From positions 8,594-72,593 of the forward strand of contig JAKALS010000004.1 in assembly GCA_021813145.1 (NCBI GenBank): a stretch of DNA of 64,000 nt. Direction: 5' to 3'. Below are positions 19,804-30,872 of this stretch, in pieces. The DNA comes from a bacterium (lineage in GTDB: Bacteria; Patescibacteriota; Microgenomatia; Levybacterales; UBA12049). Position numbers and translations under genes: made by a program. Numbering within the stretch: position 1 is the first letter of the stretch; the number at the start of each line of letters is the position of its first letter. The notes under the pieces are model-generated. The model searched no databases. It had not been told where the DNA came from and saw only the letters and a program-made list of their open reading frames with translations.

Positions 19804-20148
19804 ATGGAAGTAATTGCAAGAAGCACATCGGTAAGAGTAAGTCCAAGGAAAGTAAGGCTTGTAGCAGAGCAGGTAAGGACATTGCCTGTGGATGAAGCTT
19901 TAAAAGTTTTGGCGGTAATCAATAAACGCGGAGCGTTTGTACTAGGAAAAACTCTAAAAAGTGCGATAGCAAATGCCACAAACAACGCAAATCTTAAAAG
20001 GGAAAACTTATTTATAAAAACAATTGACGTAAACGAAAGCGTTTCCTTTAAAAGGTTTCATCCTTCGACAAGAGGAAGGGTGCATCCTTATAAAAAAAGA
20101 GGAAGCAATATACGAATAACTTTAGGAGAGAAGGGAGGCAGTAAATAA
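19804..20148 (+). CDS. rplV: 50S ribosomal protein L22
   Basis: 114 aa; SPRKVRLVAEQVR typical L22 start. Confidence 0.93.
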   Translation: MEVIARSTSVRVSPRKVRLVAEQVRTLPVDEALKVLAVINKRGAFVLGKTLKSAIANATNNANLKRENLFIKTIDVNESVSFKRFHPSTRGRVHPYKKRGSNIRITLGEKGGSK

Positions 20149-20224
20149 GCAAATATCAAATAAGCAAATGACAAATGGGTGTCAAATGCCAATTGATAAA
20201 TGATATTTACAACTAAAAGGAGTT

Positions 20225-20872
20225 ATGGGACAGAAAGTTAATCCAAAAGTAATAAGGCTCGGCCCGGTTTATGACTGGAGCAGCCGATGGTTCGACGATA
20301 AAAAATACAGCGACACACTTTTAGAGGATGTTAAATTGAGAAAATTACTAAACGAAAGGCTTAAAAATGCAGGAATTTCGGAAATAGTAATAGAAAGGTC
20401 CATAAATAACATAAAAATAACCGCTAACGTCTCAAGACCGGGAATGGTTATAGGAAGAGCCGGCTCGGGACTCGAGGAACTTAAGGAGTTCTTGTATGCA
20501 CAATTGGGCTATAGGAAAAACGGAAAAAATGCCCAAAAGCTTGATATAAGAGTAGAACCTATTAAAGATCCTAATCTTGATGCATATCTTGTTGCAAGAA
20601 ATGTTTCGGAACAGCTTGTGAGAAGGCTTCCTGCGAAAAGGGTTTTGAGCCAGACCGTAGATAAAGTTATGGGTTCCGGAGCAAAAGGAGTAAGAATAGT
20701 TCTTTCGGGAAGGATCGGCGGAGCCGAAATAGGAAGAAGAGAAAAATTACAGCAGGGAAAAGTCCCGCTTTCGACGATACGGGAACATATTAGTTTTGCA
20801 AGCGTTCCTGCTTTAACAAAGAAAGGATACATAGGAGTTAAAGTTTGGATAAACAAACCGGAATCGAGTTAA
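20225..20872 (+). CDS. rpsC: 30S ribosomal protein S3
   Basis: 215 aa; MGQKVNPKVIRLG start, KH-domain; AGGAG Shine-Dalgarno upstream. Confidence 0.95.
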   Translation: MGQKVNPKVIRLGPVYDWSSRWFDDKKYSDTLLEDVKLRKLLNERLKNAGISEIVIERSINNIKITANVSRPGMVIGRAGSGLEELKEFLYAQLGYRKNGKNAQKLDIRVEPIKDPNLDAYLVARNVSEQLVRRLPAKRVLSQTVDKVMGSGAKGVRIVLSGRIGGAEIGRREKLQQGKVPLSTIREHISFASVPALTKKGYIGVKVWINKPESS

Positions 20873-20907
20873 AAATTCATAAAGAAATTAAAAATTAGAA
20901 TTAATAT

Positions 20908-21315
20908 ATGTTAGTACCGAGAAGAGCAAAATACAGAAAACAGCACAGAGGAAGAATGAAAGGGGATGCTTATAGGGGCACCAAGGTTTCCTTTGGAGAA
21001 TTCGGGTTGCTTGCAGAAACCGCCGGCTGGATTTCTAACAGGGAAATAGAGGCGGCAAGAAGAGCAATAACTCACTACACACAAAGAGGCGGAAGAGTAT
21101 GGATAAGAATTTTCCCTGATAAGCCGATAACAAAAAAACCTGCAGAAACAAGGATGGGAAGCGGAAAAGGAGATGTTTTTGAGTTTGTGGCTCCGGTAAA
21201 AGCCGGGAGAATGCTCTTTGAAATGGGCGGAGTCTCGCAGGATATAGCAAATGCGGCATTAAAACTTGCTGCGCATAAACTGCACGTAAAAACAAGGATC
21301 GTAGCAAAAGAATAG
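20908..21315 (+). CDS. rplP: 50S ribosomal protein L16
   Basis: 135 aa; [19 protein letters not shown] typical L16. Confidence 0.95.
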   Translation: MLVPRRAKYRKQHRGRMKGDAYRGTKVSFGEFGLLAETAGWISNREIEAARRAITHYTQRGGRVWIRIFPDKPITKKPAETRMGSGKGDVFEFVAPVKAGRMLFEMGGVSQDIANAALKLAAHKLHVKTRIVAKE

Positions 21316-21328
21316 CTATAAAGTAATT

Positions 21329-21532
21329 ATGAAGACGAAAGAAAGAAAGGATTTACATACAAAGAGCCTGGCCGAGCTAAGAACACTTTTAAAAAGTGCA
21401 AAAGAGACGTTGTTAGATTATAATCTTGAGAAGTCTCAGAATAAGCTTAAAAATACAAGGCAGATTTTCTTAAAGAAAAAAGAAATTGCGCAGATACTAA
21501 GCGTAATGAGAGAAAAGGAGATTGAAAAATAA
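21329..21532 (+). CDS. rpmC: 50S ribosomal protein L29
   Basis: 67 aa, operon position, helical K/E-rich L29-like. Confidence 0.85.
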   Translation: MKTKERKDLHTKSLAELRTLLKSAKETLLDYNLEKSQNKLKNTRQIFLKKKEIAQILSVMREKEIEK

Positions 21533-21533
21533 T

Positions 21534-21773
21534 ATGAAGAAGACATTTTCGGGAAAAGTAGTTTCGCTTAAAATGCAAAATACGGCAGTGGTCGAAGTCT
21601 TAAGATACATAGAACACCCGCTTTATAAAAAGAGGCTAAAAAGGACAAAAAAATATAAGGCGGATTTGGGAGAATTAACCGTAAATCTTGGAGATAGAGT
21701 AAGAATCCAGGAAATCCCTCCGATGTCAAAAGGAAAATATTTTAGAGTGTTGCCGGGAAAGGCGGAAAAATAA
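21534..21773 (+). CDS. rpsQ: 30S ribosomal protein S17 (start taken at ATG 21534 rather than upstream TTG 21522)
   Basis: KKTFSGKVVS...; SD GGAG upstream; operon position. Confidence 0.88.
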   Translation: MKKTFSGKVVSLKMQNTAVVEVLRYIEHPLYKKRLKRTKKYKADLGELTVNLGDRVRIQEIPPMSKGKYFRVLPGKAEK

Positions 21774-22148
21774 ATGATACAGCACAGAAGTATTTTAAAA
21801 GTTGCTGATAATTCGGGAGCAAAATCTCTTATGGTAATCCATATCTTCGGGGGTTCAAAGAGAAAATATGGGTATTTGGGAGATGTATTAAACTGTGTCG
21901 TCAGAGAAGCGAATCCGACTGGACAGGTAAAAGACAGCGAGATAGTAAAAGTTGTTCTTGTCAGGTCAAGGAAAGAATTCAAAAGAGCGGACGGTTCTTA
22001 TATAAGATTTTCCGATAACGCGGGAGTCCTGATAGACAATATAAAAGATAAAAATCCCAGGGGAACCAGGATATTCGGACCTGTTGCAAGAGAGGTAAGA
22101 GACAGAGGGTTTGCAAAAATAGCGAGCATGGCAGTAGAAGTTGATTAG
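21774..22148 (+). CDS. rplN: 50S ribosomal protein L14
   Basis: [17 protein letters not shown] typical L14 start; 124 aa. Confidence 0.95.
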   Translation: MIQHRSILKVADNSGAKSLMVIHIFGGSKRKYGYLGDVLNCVVREANPTGQVKDSEIVKVVLVRSRKEFKRADGSYIRFSDNAGVLIDNIKDKNPRGTRIFGPVAREVRDRGFAKIASMAVEVD

Positions 22149-22183
22149 TCCATAAAATTGAAAGTTATAAAGGTAAAAAAATT

Positions 22184-22489
22184 ATGAAATTAAAAAGAGG
22201 AGACGAAGTAAAAGTAGTAAAAGGAAAAGACAAGGGAAAGACCGGAAAAGTAGAACAGGTTTTTCCAAAATTTAATAAGGTTTTAATAAACGGTGTAAAC
22301 GAGTTTAAGAGACATCTTAAAAAAAGAACAGAAGAGCAGGCATCTCAGATAGTAACTCTTACAAAACCGATGCCGGTTGCAAATGTTTCCCTTGTTTGCC
22401 CCAAGTGCCATCTTACAACAAGAGTCTCTTATAAATCGGAAAAAAATAAAAAAGTAAGAATTTGCAGTAAATGTAAGGCGGAAATTTAA
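22184..22489 (+). CDS. rplX: 50S ribosomal protein L24 (KOW) carrying a Cys4 zinc-ribbon in its C-terminal part
   Basis: [23 protein letters not shown] motif; CPKC...CSKC in last 30 aa. Confidence 0.9.
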   Translation: MKLKRGDEVKVVKGKDKGKTGKVEQVFPKFNKVLINGVNEFKRHLKKRTEEQASQIVTLTKPMPVANVSLVCPKCHLTTRVSYKSEKNKKVRICSKCKAEI

Positions 22490-22490
22490 T

Positions 22491-23042
22491 ATGTCAAGAC
22501 TTGAGGAAAAATACAAAAAAGAACTGGTTAAAAAATTGCAAACCGATTTGGGAATAAAAAATGTAATGTCCGTTCCCAGAATGACAAAGATTGTTCTTAA
22601 TATGGGCGTAAAAGATGCAATTGCCGATAAGAAAAATATGGAAAAGGCAGCAGAGACCTTGGCTTTAATTACAGGTCAAAAACCTAAAGTTATGAAAGCC
22701 AAAAAATCTATTTCCACCTTTAAATTAAGAGAAGGGGACGAGATAGGATTGGTTGCAACGCTTAGAGGCGAGAGAATGTACGATTTTTATGATAAACTTG
22801 TCTCTATTGTTTTTCCAAGACTCAGAGATTTCCATGGAGTAAGGAGAAACAGTTTTGACGGACACGGAAATTATACTTTGGGCTTTGTGGAAAGTGCGGT
22901 ATTTCCGGAAATAGATCCCGGAAAAGTAGATAAGATACAGGGATTGGAAATTAGCATAGTTACAACGGCAAAAAGTAATAAGGAAGGAGAGGCATTGCTC
23001 GAAGCTTTGGGAATGCCCTTTGCGAAGGGAGAGAATAGATAA
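22491..23042 (+). CDS. rplE: 50S ribosomal protein L5
   Basis: 183 aa; typical L5; operon position. Confidence 0.93.
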   Translation: MSRLEEKYKKELVKKLQTDLGIKNVMSVPRMTKIVLNMGVKDAIADKKNMEKAAETLALITGQKPKVMKAKKSISTFKLREGDEIGLVATLRGERMYDFYDKLVSIVFPRLRDFHGVRRNSFDGHGNYTLGFVESAVFPEIDPGKVDKIQGLEISIVTTAKSNKEGEALLEALGMPFAKGENR

Positions 23043-23060
23043 TTCTATTCACTAAAATTT

Positions 23061-23246
23061 ATGGCTAAAGTATCGGATATAGTAAAGTTTAAGAAAAAAC
23101 AGAAATTTAAGGTAAGAGAAAAGAACAGATGTAAAATCTGCGGTAGATCCCGCGGCTACATGAGAAAGTTTGGAATTTGCAGACTCTGCTTTAGAGAACT
23201 TGCACAGAAAGGAGAACTTCCCGGAGTAGTTAAATCTACCTGGTAA
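23061..23246 (+). CDS. rpsN: 30S ribosomal protein S14 type Z (zinc-binding)
   Basis: 61 aa; [10 protein letters not shown]...CRLCFRE. Confidence 0.93.
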   Translation: MAKVSDIVKFKKKQKFKVREKNRCKICGRSRGYMRKFGICRLCFRELAQKGELPGVVKSTW

Positions 23247-23252
23247 CGAGCT

Positions 23253-23645
23253 ATGAATCATACCGTTTCGGATTTTGTGGTAAGAATTAAAAATGCAACA
23301 CTCGCAAGAAGGAAAGAGGTTATTCTACCTTTCTCGAACATAAATAAAGAAATAGGGAAAGTTCTTGTTAAGGAAGGATTTTTAGAGGGAATAAAAGAAG
23401 AAAGCGAAAAAGGCAAAAAAACACTTAAGGCAATAATCAAGTACGAAAAAAGGACACCTGTTCTTACGGATGTTCTTATAATATCAAAACCTTCGTTAAG
23501 AGTATACGAAGGAGCAAAGGATACGCAAGCAATAGAAAGAAGAGGAAATAAAACAATAATAATGTCTACAAGTAAAGGCGTTATGACAGGAAAAGAGGCA
23601 AGAAAAAAGGGAGTAGGAGGAGAAATATTATTTACCATTTGGTAA
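23253..23645 (+). CDS. rpsH: 30S ribosomal protein S8
   Basis: 130 aa; S8-like; operon position. Confidence 0.92.
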   Translation: MNHTVSDFVVRIKNATLARRKEVILPFSNINKEIGKVLVKEGFLEGIKEESEKGKKTLKAIIKYEKRTPVLTDVLIISKPSLRVYEGAKDTQAIERRGNKTIIMSTSKGVMTGKEARKKGVGGEILFTIW

Positions 23646-23684
23646 ATAAAAATAAAGGAATAAAAGATTAAATCTTAAATAAAT

Positions 23685-24242
23685 ATGTCAAAAATTGCAA
23701 AGAAACCGGTTTTAATAAAAGAAGGAGTAAGTGTAAATATAGCCGAGAATAAAGTTTCGGTTAACGGCCCAAAGGGCTCGCTTTCTTTTGTTGTTCCGCA
23801 AGGAATAGAAGTTAAACAGGAAGACGGTAATCTTGTAGTTTCACAAAGAATAAAAAATGACATAAAGACAAATGCCCTTTTCGGACTTACAAGGGCGATG
23901 GTGGCAAACATGGTAACGGGGGTATCAAACGGTTTTACCAAAAAACTCGAGCTTTCGGGAGTCGGATATAGAGCGCAAGCTTCCGGAAATACTCTTACGC
24001 TTTCACTGGGTTTTTCTCATCCGGTAATTATAAAAGGCGAAGAAGGAATAACGTTTGCCGTTGAGGAAAACGTAATTACGGTTTTGGGAATAGACAAAAC
24101 ACTTGTCGGAAATACTGCGGCAAGAATAAGGGCGATAAGGCCCCCGGAGCCTTATAAGGGGAAAGGTATAAAATATCAGGGCGAAAGAATAAGAAGGAAA
24201 GCAGGAAAAGCTGCAAAAGCCGTAGGAGGAGCTGCTAAATAA
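23685..24242 (+). CDS. rplF: 50S ribosomal protein L6
   Basis: 185 aa; SKIAKKPV start typical. Confidence 0.93.
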   Translation: MSKIAKKPVLIKEGVSVNIAENKVSVNGPKGSLSFVVPQGIEVKQEDGNLVVSQRIKNDIKTNALFGLTRAMVANMVTGVSNGFTKKLELSGVGYRAQASGNTLTLSLGFSHPVIIKGEEGITFAVEENVITVLGIDKTLVGNTAARIRAIRPPEPYKGKGIKYQGERIRRKAGKAAKAVGGAAK

Positions 24243-24580
24243 TGAATAAAAAAATAAGAAGACAAAAAAGGGTAAGGGTAAAACTTTTCGGAACCAAAGA
24301 AAAACCAAGACTATCCGTTTTCAGGTCTAACAGATATATTTTTGCGCAGGTAATAGACGACGAGAAAAAAGAAACAATCGTGGGAATTTCGGAAAAAGAT
24401 CTATCTCTCAAGGAAAGGATAAATAAAACAGAAAAAGCCAAACTTCTGGGAAACCTTTTGGCAAAGAAAGTTTTGGAAAAAAAGATAAAGAAAGTTATTT
24501 TTGACAGAGGAAGTTATATGTATCATGGAAGAGTAAAAGCATTGGCGGAAGGCGCAAGGGAAGGAGGACTTGAATTTTAA
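24242..24580 (+). CDS. rplR: 50S ribosomal protein L18
   Basis: 112 aa; [18 protein letters not shown] typical L18. Confidence 0.93.
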   Translation: MNKKIRRQKRVRVKLFGTKEKPRLSVFRSNRYIFAQVIDDEKKETIVGISEKDLSLKERINKTEKAKLLGNLLAKKVLEKKIKKVIFDRGSYMYHGRVKALAEGAREGGLEF

Positions 24581-25095
24581 TGGACAGAAATATTAGGCGG
24601 ATGGAGAGCGTCAGAAATCAGGACGGATTTGAAGAAGAAATAGTCCAGGTAAACAGAGTCTCTAAAAAAACAAAAGGAGGAAACAAAATCGGATTCTCTG
24701 TCCTTACGGTTGTTGGTGATAAAAAAGGAAAAGTCGGAGTAGGTTTAGGAAAGGCTCCCGATGTATCGGCAGCTATTAAAAAAGGGGTAGCGTTGGCAAA
24801 AAAACACGCAATTGAAGTGCCTATACAAAACGGAACCATTCCTTTTGAGGTAAATATTAAATTAGGAGCCGCAAAAGTACTTCTTAAACCTGCGCCTCCG
24901 GGGAGCGGAGTAATAGCAGGAGGAGCGGTAAGAAGCGTAGTTTCTTTGGCCGGCATACAAAATGTCTCCTCAAAGGTTTTAGGAACAGATAATCAGGCAA
25001 GCAATGTTTACGCCACAATAGAGGCATTAAAAAGATTATCCGAAAGGCATAAAAGACAAAAAGAATTAAGGGGAGTGAAAGATGAATCTAAATAA
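24580..25095 (+). CDS. rpsE: 30S ribosomal protein S5
   Basis: 171 aa; dsRBD + S5 C-domain (VVGDKKGKVGVGLGKA). Confidence 0.95.
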   Translation: MDRNIRRMESVRNQDGFEEEIVQVNRVSKKTKGGNKIGFSVLTVVGDKKGKVGVGLGKAPDVSAAIKKGVALAKKHAIEVPIQNGTIPFEVNIKLGAAKVLLKPAPPGSGVIAGGAVRSVVSLAGIQNVSSKVLGTDNQASNVYATIEALKRLSERHKRQKELRGVKDESK

Positions 25096-25540
25096 TCTTG
25101 CAAAAACTACAAAAAGAGAAAAGAAAAGACTCGGCCAGGGTCACGGCTCGGGAAGGGTAAAAACTTCGGGGCGGGGAACAAAAGGACAGAAAGCCAGAAG
25201 CAAAATTCCCCTTTATTTTGAAGGGGGAGCTCTCCCTTTAATTAAAAGGATGCCATTCCATCGGGGGAAAGGCAAAAATAAAGTCTTTAAGAAAAAACCT
25301 ATTGTAATAAATATTGAAGCATTAAACCTTTTTAAGAAAGACGAATCAATAGACTTAAAAGCCCTTATAGCAAAAAAAATCGTAGAGGAAGAAGAGGCAA
25401 AATTATACGGAGTGAAAATACTGGGAAACGGAGAAATAAAAACGTCTTTAACCATAAAATTGCCAATTTCTAAACAGGCAGAGGAAAAAATAAAAAAAGC
25501 CGGCGGTCGAGTCGAGCTTGAGGGGAAAAGTAGAATTTAA
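25082..25540 (+). CDS. rplO: 50S ribosomal protein L15 (overlaps rpsE; no L30 gene between)
   Basis: 152 aa; LGQGHGSGRVKTSGRGTKGQKARS motif. Confidence 0.93.
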   Translation: MNLNNLAKTTKREKKRLGQGHGSGRVKTSGRGTKGQKARSKIPLYFEGGALPLIKRMPFHRGKGKNKVFKKKPIVINIEALNLFKKDESIDLKALIAKKIVEEEEAKLYGVKILGNGEIKTSLTIKLPISKQAEEKIKKAGGRVELEGKSRI

Positions 25541-25544
25541 TTAA

Positions 25545-26834
25545 ATGGACCGAATTTTAGCCATTTTTAAAAACAGCGTAAATTCTCCCGACGTAAGAAG
25601 AAAACTTTTGTTTACTGCTCTGATATTTGCCGTGTTCAGAGTATTTGCCCATATCCCCGTTTCGGGCGTAAACGTAGCACAACTTAAAGCGCTTTTTGCA
25701 CAAAATCAATTCCTTGGACTTTTGGATATATTCTCGGGAGGAACGCTTGCAAATTTTTCGATTATGGCTTTAGGACTTAACCCATACATTAACGCATCGA
25801 TTATTTTTCAGCTTTTGGGAATGGTTTTTCCAAAACTCGAGGAACTGCAAAAAGAGGGAGATCAGGGAAGGCAGAAGATTAATCAGTACACAAGAATTTT
25901 AACAGTTCCCCTCGCAATGCTTCAGGCTATAGGTATGTATGCTCTTTTAAGAAACCAGGGGATAATTTCGGTTTTTAATCCTTTGGATATTGTTTCTTTT
26001 ATAGTTGTAACTACCGCCGGAACAATGCTTTTGGTATGGCTTGGAGAAATGATTACAGACAGAGGCGTTGGAAACGGAATTTCACTTCTTATTTTTGCGG
26101 GTATAATTTCAAGACTTCCCGTATTGTTTGGTCAGACCGCCTCTACCGTTACAGCGCAGAACTTCTTTAATTTGGGAGTATTTGCCGTAATGGGACTTTT
26201 GGTAATTGCTTCTATAGTAGTTATAAACGAGGCCACCAGGCAGATAACAGTTTATTATGCAAAGCAGGTAAGAGGAAACAAGATGTACGGAGGCCAGTCC
26301 ACTCACTTGCCTCTCCGTTTAAATCAGGCAGGAGTAATACCTATTATATTTGCCGTTTCTTTGGTCCTTTTGCCTTCGTTAATTGCCAATTACCTTTCGG
26401 TTTCAAAGATCCCTGTCTTACATAATATCGCTACAGATATTACGATATGGCTTAATCCCAACGGATTTTTATATAACGCCATGTATTTTATCCTTGTCGT
26501 AGGGTTTACTTACTTTTATACGGCTGTTGTTTTTAACCCTAAAAAAATTGCCGAGGAAATACAAAAATACGGAGGATTTATTCCGGGAATAAGGCCGGGT
26601 GCTCCAACGGCAAAATATTTGAATTACATATTAACAAGGATTACCCTTGCGGGAGCAATATTTTTGGGTATTATTGCCATATTTCCGACAATTGCAAGAG
26701 CCGCCACTAATGTCCAGAATCTCCTTTTGGGAGGTACAGGGATACTAATCGTTGTTTCGGTAATTCTCGAGACCATAAAAGCAATTGAGGCCCAACTGGT
26801 GATGAGAAATTACGAGAGCTTCGCAAAAAAATAA
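25545..26834 (+). CDS. secY: Preprotein translocase subunit SecY
   Basis: 429 aa, 10 TM segments, conserved SecY motifs. Confidence 0.96.
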   Translation: MDRILAIFKNSVNSPDVRRKLLFTALIFAVFRVFAHIPVSGVNVAQLKALFAQNQFLGLLDIFSGGTLANFSIMALGLNPYINASIIFQLLGMVFPKLEELQKEGDQGRQKINQYTRILTVPLAMLQAIGMYALLRNQGIISVFNPLDIVSFIVVTTAGTMLLVWLGEMITDRGVGNGISLLIFAGIISRLPVLFGQTASTVTAQNFFNLGVFAVMGLLVIASIVVINEATRQITVYYAKQVRGNKMYGGQSTHLPLRLNQAGVIPIIFAVSLVLLPSLIANYLSVSKIPVLHNIATDITIWLNPNGFLYNAMYFILVVGFTYFYTAVVFNPKKIAEEIQKYGGFIPGIRPGAPTAKYLNYILTRITLAGAIFLGIIAIFPTIARAATNVQNLLLGGTGILIVVSVILETIKAIEAQLVMRNYESFAKK

Positions 26835-26843
26835 TAGAAAATT

Positions 26844-27377
26844 ATGAAACTTATTCTGATAGGAATTCAGGGAGCCGGAAAATCTACGCAGGGAAATTTA
26901 CTTTCCGAAAAACTAGGAATTCCATATCTTTCGACAGGTCATATCTTTAGGGAAATGGCAAAAGAAAAAACACCGCTCGGCAGATATATAAAAGAAACGA
27001 TAAATGCCGGGTATCTTATTCCAGACGAAAAAACTCTCGAGATCGTTACCGGTTATTTGCATAGGCCAGAATATGAAAAAGGGTATATAATGGACGGATT
27101 TCCGAGAACCACACAGCAGGCCGAAAAATTCGAAAACGGGATAGATAAGGTGATTTATCTTAAGGTTTCGGATAAAGAGGCTTTGTGGAGGCTTTCGGGA
27201 AGAAGCGACAACAGACAAGACGATACTTTGCAGGCGATAAGAAAAAGAATAAATCTTTTCCACGAATTTACCGAGCCGGTAATCGATTATTTTAAGAAAA
27301 AAGGAATATTGGTTGAAATAGACGGAGAAAAGCAGATAGAGGAAATCCACAAAGAAATCCTCTCAAAGCTTCATTAA
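26844..27377 (+). CDS. adk: Adenylate kinase (short form, no Zn LID)
   Basis: GIQGAGKSTQ P-loop, ...GFPRTTQQAE. Confidence 0.9.
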   Translation: MKLILIGIQGAGKSTQGNLLSEKLGIPYLSTGHIFREMAKEKTPLGRYIKETINAGYLIPDEKTLEIVTGYLHRPEYEKGYIMDGFPRTTQQAEKFENGIDKVIYLKVSDKEALWRLSGRSDNRQDDTLQAIRKRINLFHEFTEPVIDYFKKKGILVEIDGEKQIEEIHKEILSKLH

Positions 27378-27392
27378 ATCTTCGCTCGAATT

Positions 27393-28112
27393 ATGGAAAA
27401 AGGTTTTGTTATTGCTATAGATGGTCCGGCTGCTGCCGGAAAAGGTACGATTGTCCAGATGCTTACAAAATATCTTGACGGAATAAATATTTACACGGGA
27501 GGAATGTACAGAGCTTTAGGTTTAAAATGTTTAAGAAAAAACATCTCTCTTGATGATAAAGAAAAGATAATAGAAATTATGAATAATTCCGATATAAACC
27601 TGGGAAGCGGAGATAATCTGGGAATAGTTGCGAATGTATATCTTGACGGAGAAAACGTAACCGAGGGGATAAAGACTCCAGATGTGGGCATAGCTGCGGG
27701 CAAAACGGTTCTTATAGAAGAGGTCCGCAATGCTATGGTGAGAAGACAAAGAGAGCTGGCAGACAGATTTATAAACATGGGAAAAACCGTTATTCTGGAC
27801 GGTCAGGATACGGCTCTTATATATCCTGACGCAAAAATTAAAATATTCCTTACGGCGAGTCAGGAAGCGAGGGCAAAAAGAAGACAAAAACAATACGAAC
27901 GGCAGGGAATAGCAAAAACCTTGGAAAATGTTCTCTCGGAAATTAAAGAAAGGGATACGCGAGACTTTTCCAGGAATGTTCATCCGCTTTCAAAGGATCC
28001 GTTAAATGATGGCTATTTCGTTCTGGATAGCACGGATTTAAATGAAGAAGAAACTTTTAATATAATAAAAGAAGAACTTTTTAAAAGAGGTTTTATTAAT
28101 GATAAAAATTAA
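27393..28112 (+). CDS. cmk: Cytidylate kinase-like NMP kinase
   Basis: IAIDGPAAAGKGT P-loop typical of Cmk; unusual position between adk and map. Confidence 0.75.
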   Translation: MEKGFVIAIDGPAAAGKGTIVQMLTKYLDGINIYTGGMYRALGLKCLRKNISLDDKEKIIEIMNNSDINLGSGDNLGIVANVYLDGENVTEGIKTPDVGIAAGKTVLIEEVRNAMVRRQRELADRFINMGKTVILDGQDTALIYPDAKIKIFLTASQEARAKRRQKQYERQGIAKTLENVLSEIKERDTRDFSRNVHPLSKDPLNDGYFVLDSTDLNEEETFNIIKEELFKRGFINDKN

Positions 28113-28869
28113 AAATAAAAAAGAAATAGAAATAATGGCAAAGTCGGGGAACATACTTGCAAATACTTTATTCGAGGTATTAAGGCATGTCGAGCCTGGA
28201 GTTTCTGAAAAAGAACTCGACAAACTGGCCGATGATTTAATAGTAAAACAGGGAGGATATCCCGGTTTTAAAAAAGTTCCCGGTTACCATAATGCTACGT
28301 GTATTGCTACAAACGATGTAGTTGTCCACGGAATCCCTTCGGATTATCGGCTAAAAGAGGGGGACGTTATAGCAATTGACTGCGGAGTATTTTATAAAGG
28401 TTACCATTCGGATATGTGCGAAACGGTAAGAGTAAGGTCTAAGGGGTCAAAGTTAAAAAAAGACAGGGTGGACGAATTTCTGGAAATTGGGAAAAAAGCT
28501 CTCGAGGAAGGAATAAAAGCCGCAAAATTAGGCAATCATGTGGGTGATATATCGAAAGTTATACAGGACATAGTAGAGAAAAAAGCCGGGTATTCGGTCG
28601 TAAGAAGCCTTGTGGGCCATGGAGTCGGAAAAGAACTTCATGAGGATCCCGAAGTTCCGGGTTACCTTATGGATAGAATAGAGGATACGCCTGTTCTTAA
28701 AGAAGGAATGGTAATAGCCATAGAGGTAATTTACAATATGGGAGCAAGTGATGTGGTATATGCAAATGATGACGGTTGGACAATTGCAACCGAAGACGGA
28801 AGCCTTTCGGCTGTTTTTGAAAGGACAATAGCAATAACAAAAGACGGCCCGTTGGTCCTTACCAAGTAG
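28099..28869 (+). CDS. map: Methionine aminopeptidase type I
   Basis: 256 aa; MIKIKNKKEIEIM start, metal ligands D...D...H...E...E pattern. Confidence 0.93.
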   Translation: MIKIKNKKEIEIMAKSGNILANTLFEVLRHVEPGVSEKELDKLADDLIVKQGGYPGFKKVPGYHNATCIATNDVVVHGIPSDYRLKEGDVIAIDCGVFYKGYHSDMCETVRVRSKGSKLKKDRVDEFLEIGKKALEEGIKAAKLGNHVGDISKVIQDIVEKKAGYSVVRSLVGHGVGKELHEDPEVPGYLMDRIEDTPVLKEGMVIAIEVIYNMGASDVVYANDDGWTIATEDGSLSAVFERTIAITKDGPLVLTK

Positions 28870-28952
28870 TTGCTCTTTTCAGGTTCGTTTGTTATAATTG
28901 TAGATACAAAATTCTAAATCCCTAAGAAAAAACGGGATTAGAATTTTATTTT

Positions 28953-29171
28953 ATGGCTCATCAGGGAAGTTTTGAAGCCGAAGGGGTTGTAAGAGAATCT
29001 TTGCCGAATACCCTTTTTAGGGTAGAATTGCAAAACGGCGACATAATTCTTTGCCATTTGTCGGGCAAAATGAGGATGAATTTTATAAAGATCTTGCCGG
29101 GAGACAAAGTTAGGGTCGAAATGACTCCTTACGATAAAACAAAAGGAAGAATAGTTTACAGAAGCAAATAA
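28953..29171 (+). CDS. infA: Translation initiation factor IF-1
   Basis: 72 aa S1-like OB fold, typical IF-1. Confidence 0.93.
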   Translation: MAHQGSFEAEGVVRESLPNTLFRVELQNGDIILCHLSGKMRMNFIKILPGDKVRVEMTPYDKTKGRIVYRSK

Positions 29172-29284
29172 TGAAAGTTCAGGCTAGCGTTAAACCAAGA
29201 TGTTCTAAATGTAAAATAATTAAGCGCAGAGGCGTGTTACGTGTGGTTTGCGAAAACCCCAGGCACAAACAAAGGCAGGGCTAG
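29171..29284 (+). CDS. rpmJ: 50S ribosomal protein L36 (zinc form), not in ORF track (<60 aa)
   Basis: [37 protein letters not shown]; TAATG overlap with infA. Confidence 0.9.
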   Translation: MKVQASVKPRCSKCKIIKRRGVLRVVCENPRHKQRQG

Positions 29285-29318
29285 GTTAAATCGGACTAGC
29301 ATCGAAGATTATAGTATT

Positions 29319-29735
29319 ATGAGATTTTCAGGCGTAAACATACCGGACGAAAAAAGGGTCGACATAGGCCTTTCTTATCTTTATGGAATAGGAAGGAAAA
29401 ACGTAGAAGAAATTTTAAAAAAGTCCGAAGTTGACCCTTCGACAAGAGTAAAATCTCTTTCGGAAGACGAACAGAAAAGGATTCAGAAGGCACTCGAATC
29501 CTATAAAATAGAAGGAGATTTAAGAGCGGAAATTTCCGATAACGTAAAAAGACTCAGGGAAATGGGTACATACAGAGGAATAAGGCACAACAGAAATCTT
29601 CCGGTAAGAGGACAGAGAACAAAATCAAACGCAAGGACAAAAAGAGGAAAGAGAGTAACAATTGGAGCTATAAAGAAAGAAGTCGCGGCAAAAATGGGAA
29701 TCGGAACAGCAGCCCCGGCGGGAGGAGCTAAATAA
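29319..29735 (+). CDS. rpsM: 30S ribosomal protein S13 (start at internal ATG; tracked ORF start overlaps rpmJ)
   Basis: [25 protein letters not shown] typical S13 N-terminus. Confidence 0.9.
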   Translation: MRFSGVNIPDEKRVDIGLSYLYGIGRKNVEEILKKSEVDPSTRVKSLSEDEQKRIQKALESYKIEGDLRAEISDNVKRLREMGTYRGIRHNRNLPVRGQRTKSNARTKRGKRVTIGAIKKEVAAKMGIGTAAPAGGAK

Positions 29736-29737
29736 AA

Positions 29738-30145
29738 ATGGCAACAGCAGAAACAAAAAAGCAGACAAAAACAGCAAAGAAAAAATCCAATTTAAAAGTT
29801 TCAAATAACGGAAAGGTTTTTATTTCCGCTACTTTTAATAATACACTTGTAACAATTACAAACGATAAGGGAGACACTGTTGCCTGGAGTTCTGCAGGAG
29901 CAAGCGGATTTAAAGGGACAAGAAAATCAACTCCGTTTGCGGCAACAACCGCAGTCGAAGGAGTAGCGAAAAAGGCGGTTGATTCCGGAATAAAAACAGT
30001 AGAGGTTTTTGTAAAAGGACCGGGAGCGGGAAGAGACGCGGCGCTGAGAGCAATAAAGGCTGCCGGTCTTTCTATTTCGATGATTGCCGACGTTACGCCT
30101 ATGCCACACAACGGGCCAAGAGCGCAAAAGAAAAGAAGGGTATAG
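29738..30145 (+). CDS. rpsK: 30S ribosomal protein S11
   Basis: 135 aa; typical S11. Confidence 0.95.
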   Translation: MATAETKKQTKTAKKKSNLKVSNNGKVFISATFNNTLVTITNDKGDTVAWSSAGASGFKGTRKSTPFAATTAVEGVAKKAVDSGIKTVEVFVKGPGAGRDAALRAIKAAGLSISMIADVTPMPHNGPRAQKKRRV

Positions 30146-30249
30146 GATTTATGAATACATTAATCATTACAATTCGAAGAATTTTGGAAAGGAGAATCCA
30201 GCTGAAAGCCAAAGTCCGATAAGGACGAAGGCACTAACTGAGACTTGAC

Positions 30250-30855
30250 ATGGCTAGATATACAGGACCAAAACACAGATTAGCAAGAAGAGAAGGAGTA
30301 AATGTTTTAGATAAGACTTCTAAGAGCCTTCAAAGAAGGCTTAATGTTCCTCCGGGAATACACGGAAGAAAAAGAAGAAGAAGGCTTTCGGAATACGGAA
30401 CTCAACTTAGGGAAAAACAAAAAGCAAAAACAACATACGGGATTTTGGAAAAACAATTTAAAAAACTCGTTCAGACGGTACGAAAGAGAAAAGGCGAGAC
30501 CGGAGAAATGATAGTAGCGCTTTTGGAAACAAGGCTGGATAATGTTGTCTATAGACTGGGTTTCGCAAAATCCAGAAATATGGCAAGACAGTTTGTTACG
30601 CACGGACATGTCACTGTAAACGGAAAAAGAGTAAACATTCCTTCATATCAAGTCAGTATCGGAGATGTGATTGCCATATCACCGAAGATCCAAAAAAACC
30701 CTGAAGTTTCGGAACTTTTAGCAGACAAAGAAATGCCCGTATTACCCTTTTTAGAGAAAAAAGGCGTTTCCGGAAAGCTTGTCAGGATGCCCAAAAGGGA
30801 GGATTTGGAAGTTCCCTTCAACCTGCAGTTGATTATTGAATATTATTCCAGATAG
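30250..30855 (+). CDS. rpsD: 30S ribosomal protein S4
   Basis: MARYTGPKHRLARREG typical start; S4 domain. Confidence 0.95.
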   Translation: MARYTGPKHRLARREGVNVLDKTSKSLQRRLNVPPGIHGRKRRRRLSEYGTQLREKQKAKTTYGILEKQFKKLVQTVRKRKGETGEMIVALLETRLDNVVYRLGFAKSRNMARQFVTHGHVTVNGKRVNIPSYQVSIGDVIAISPKIQKNPEVSELLADKEMPVLPFLEKKGVSGKLVRMPKREDLEVPFNLQLIIEYYSR

Positions 30856-30872
30856 TGATAAAATAGTAAACT

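Noticed and set aside
21522-21533. TTG start for rpsQ overlapping rpmC
   Set aside because: ATG at 21534 follows the rpmC stop directly and has better spacing to GGAG; TTG start would have 3-nt SD spacing.
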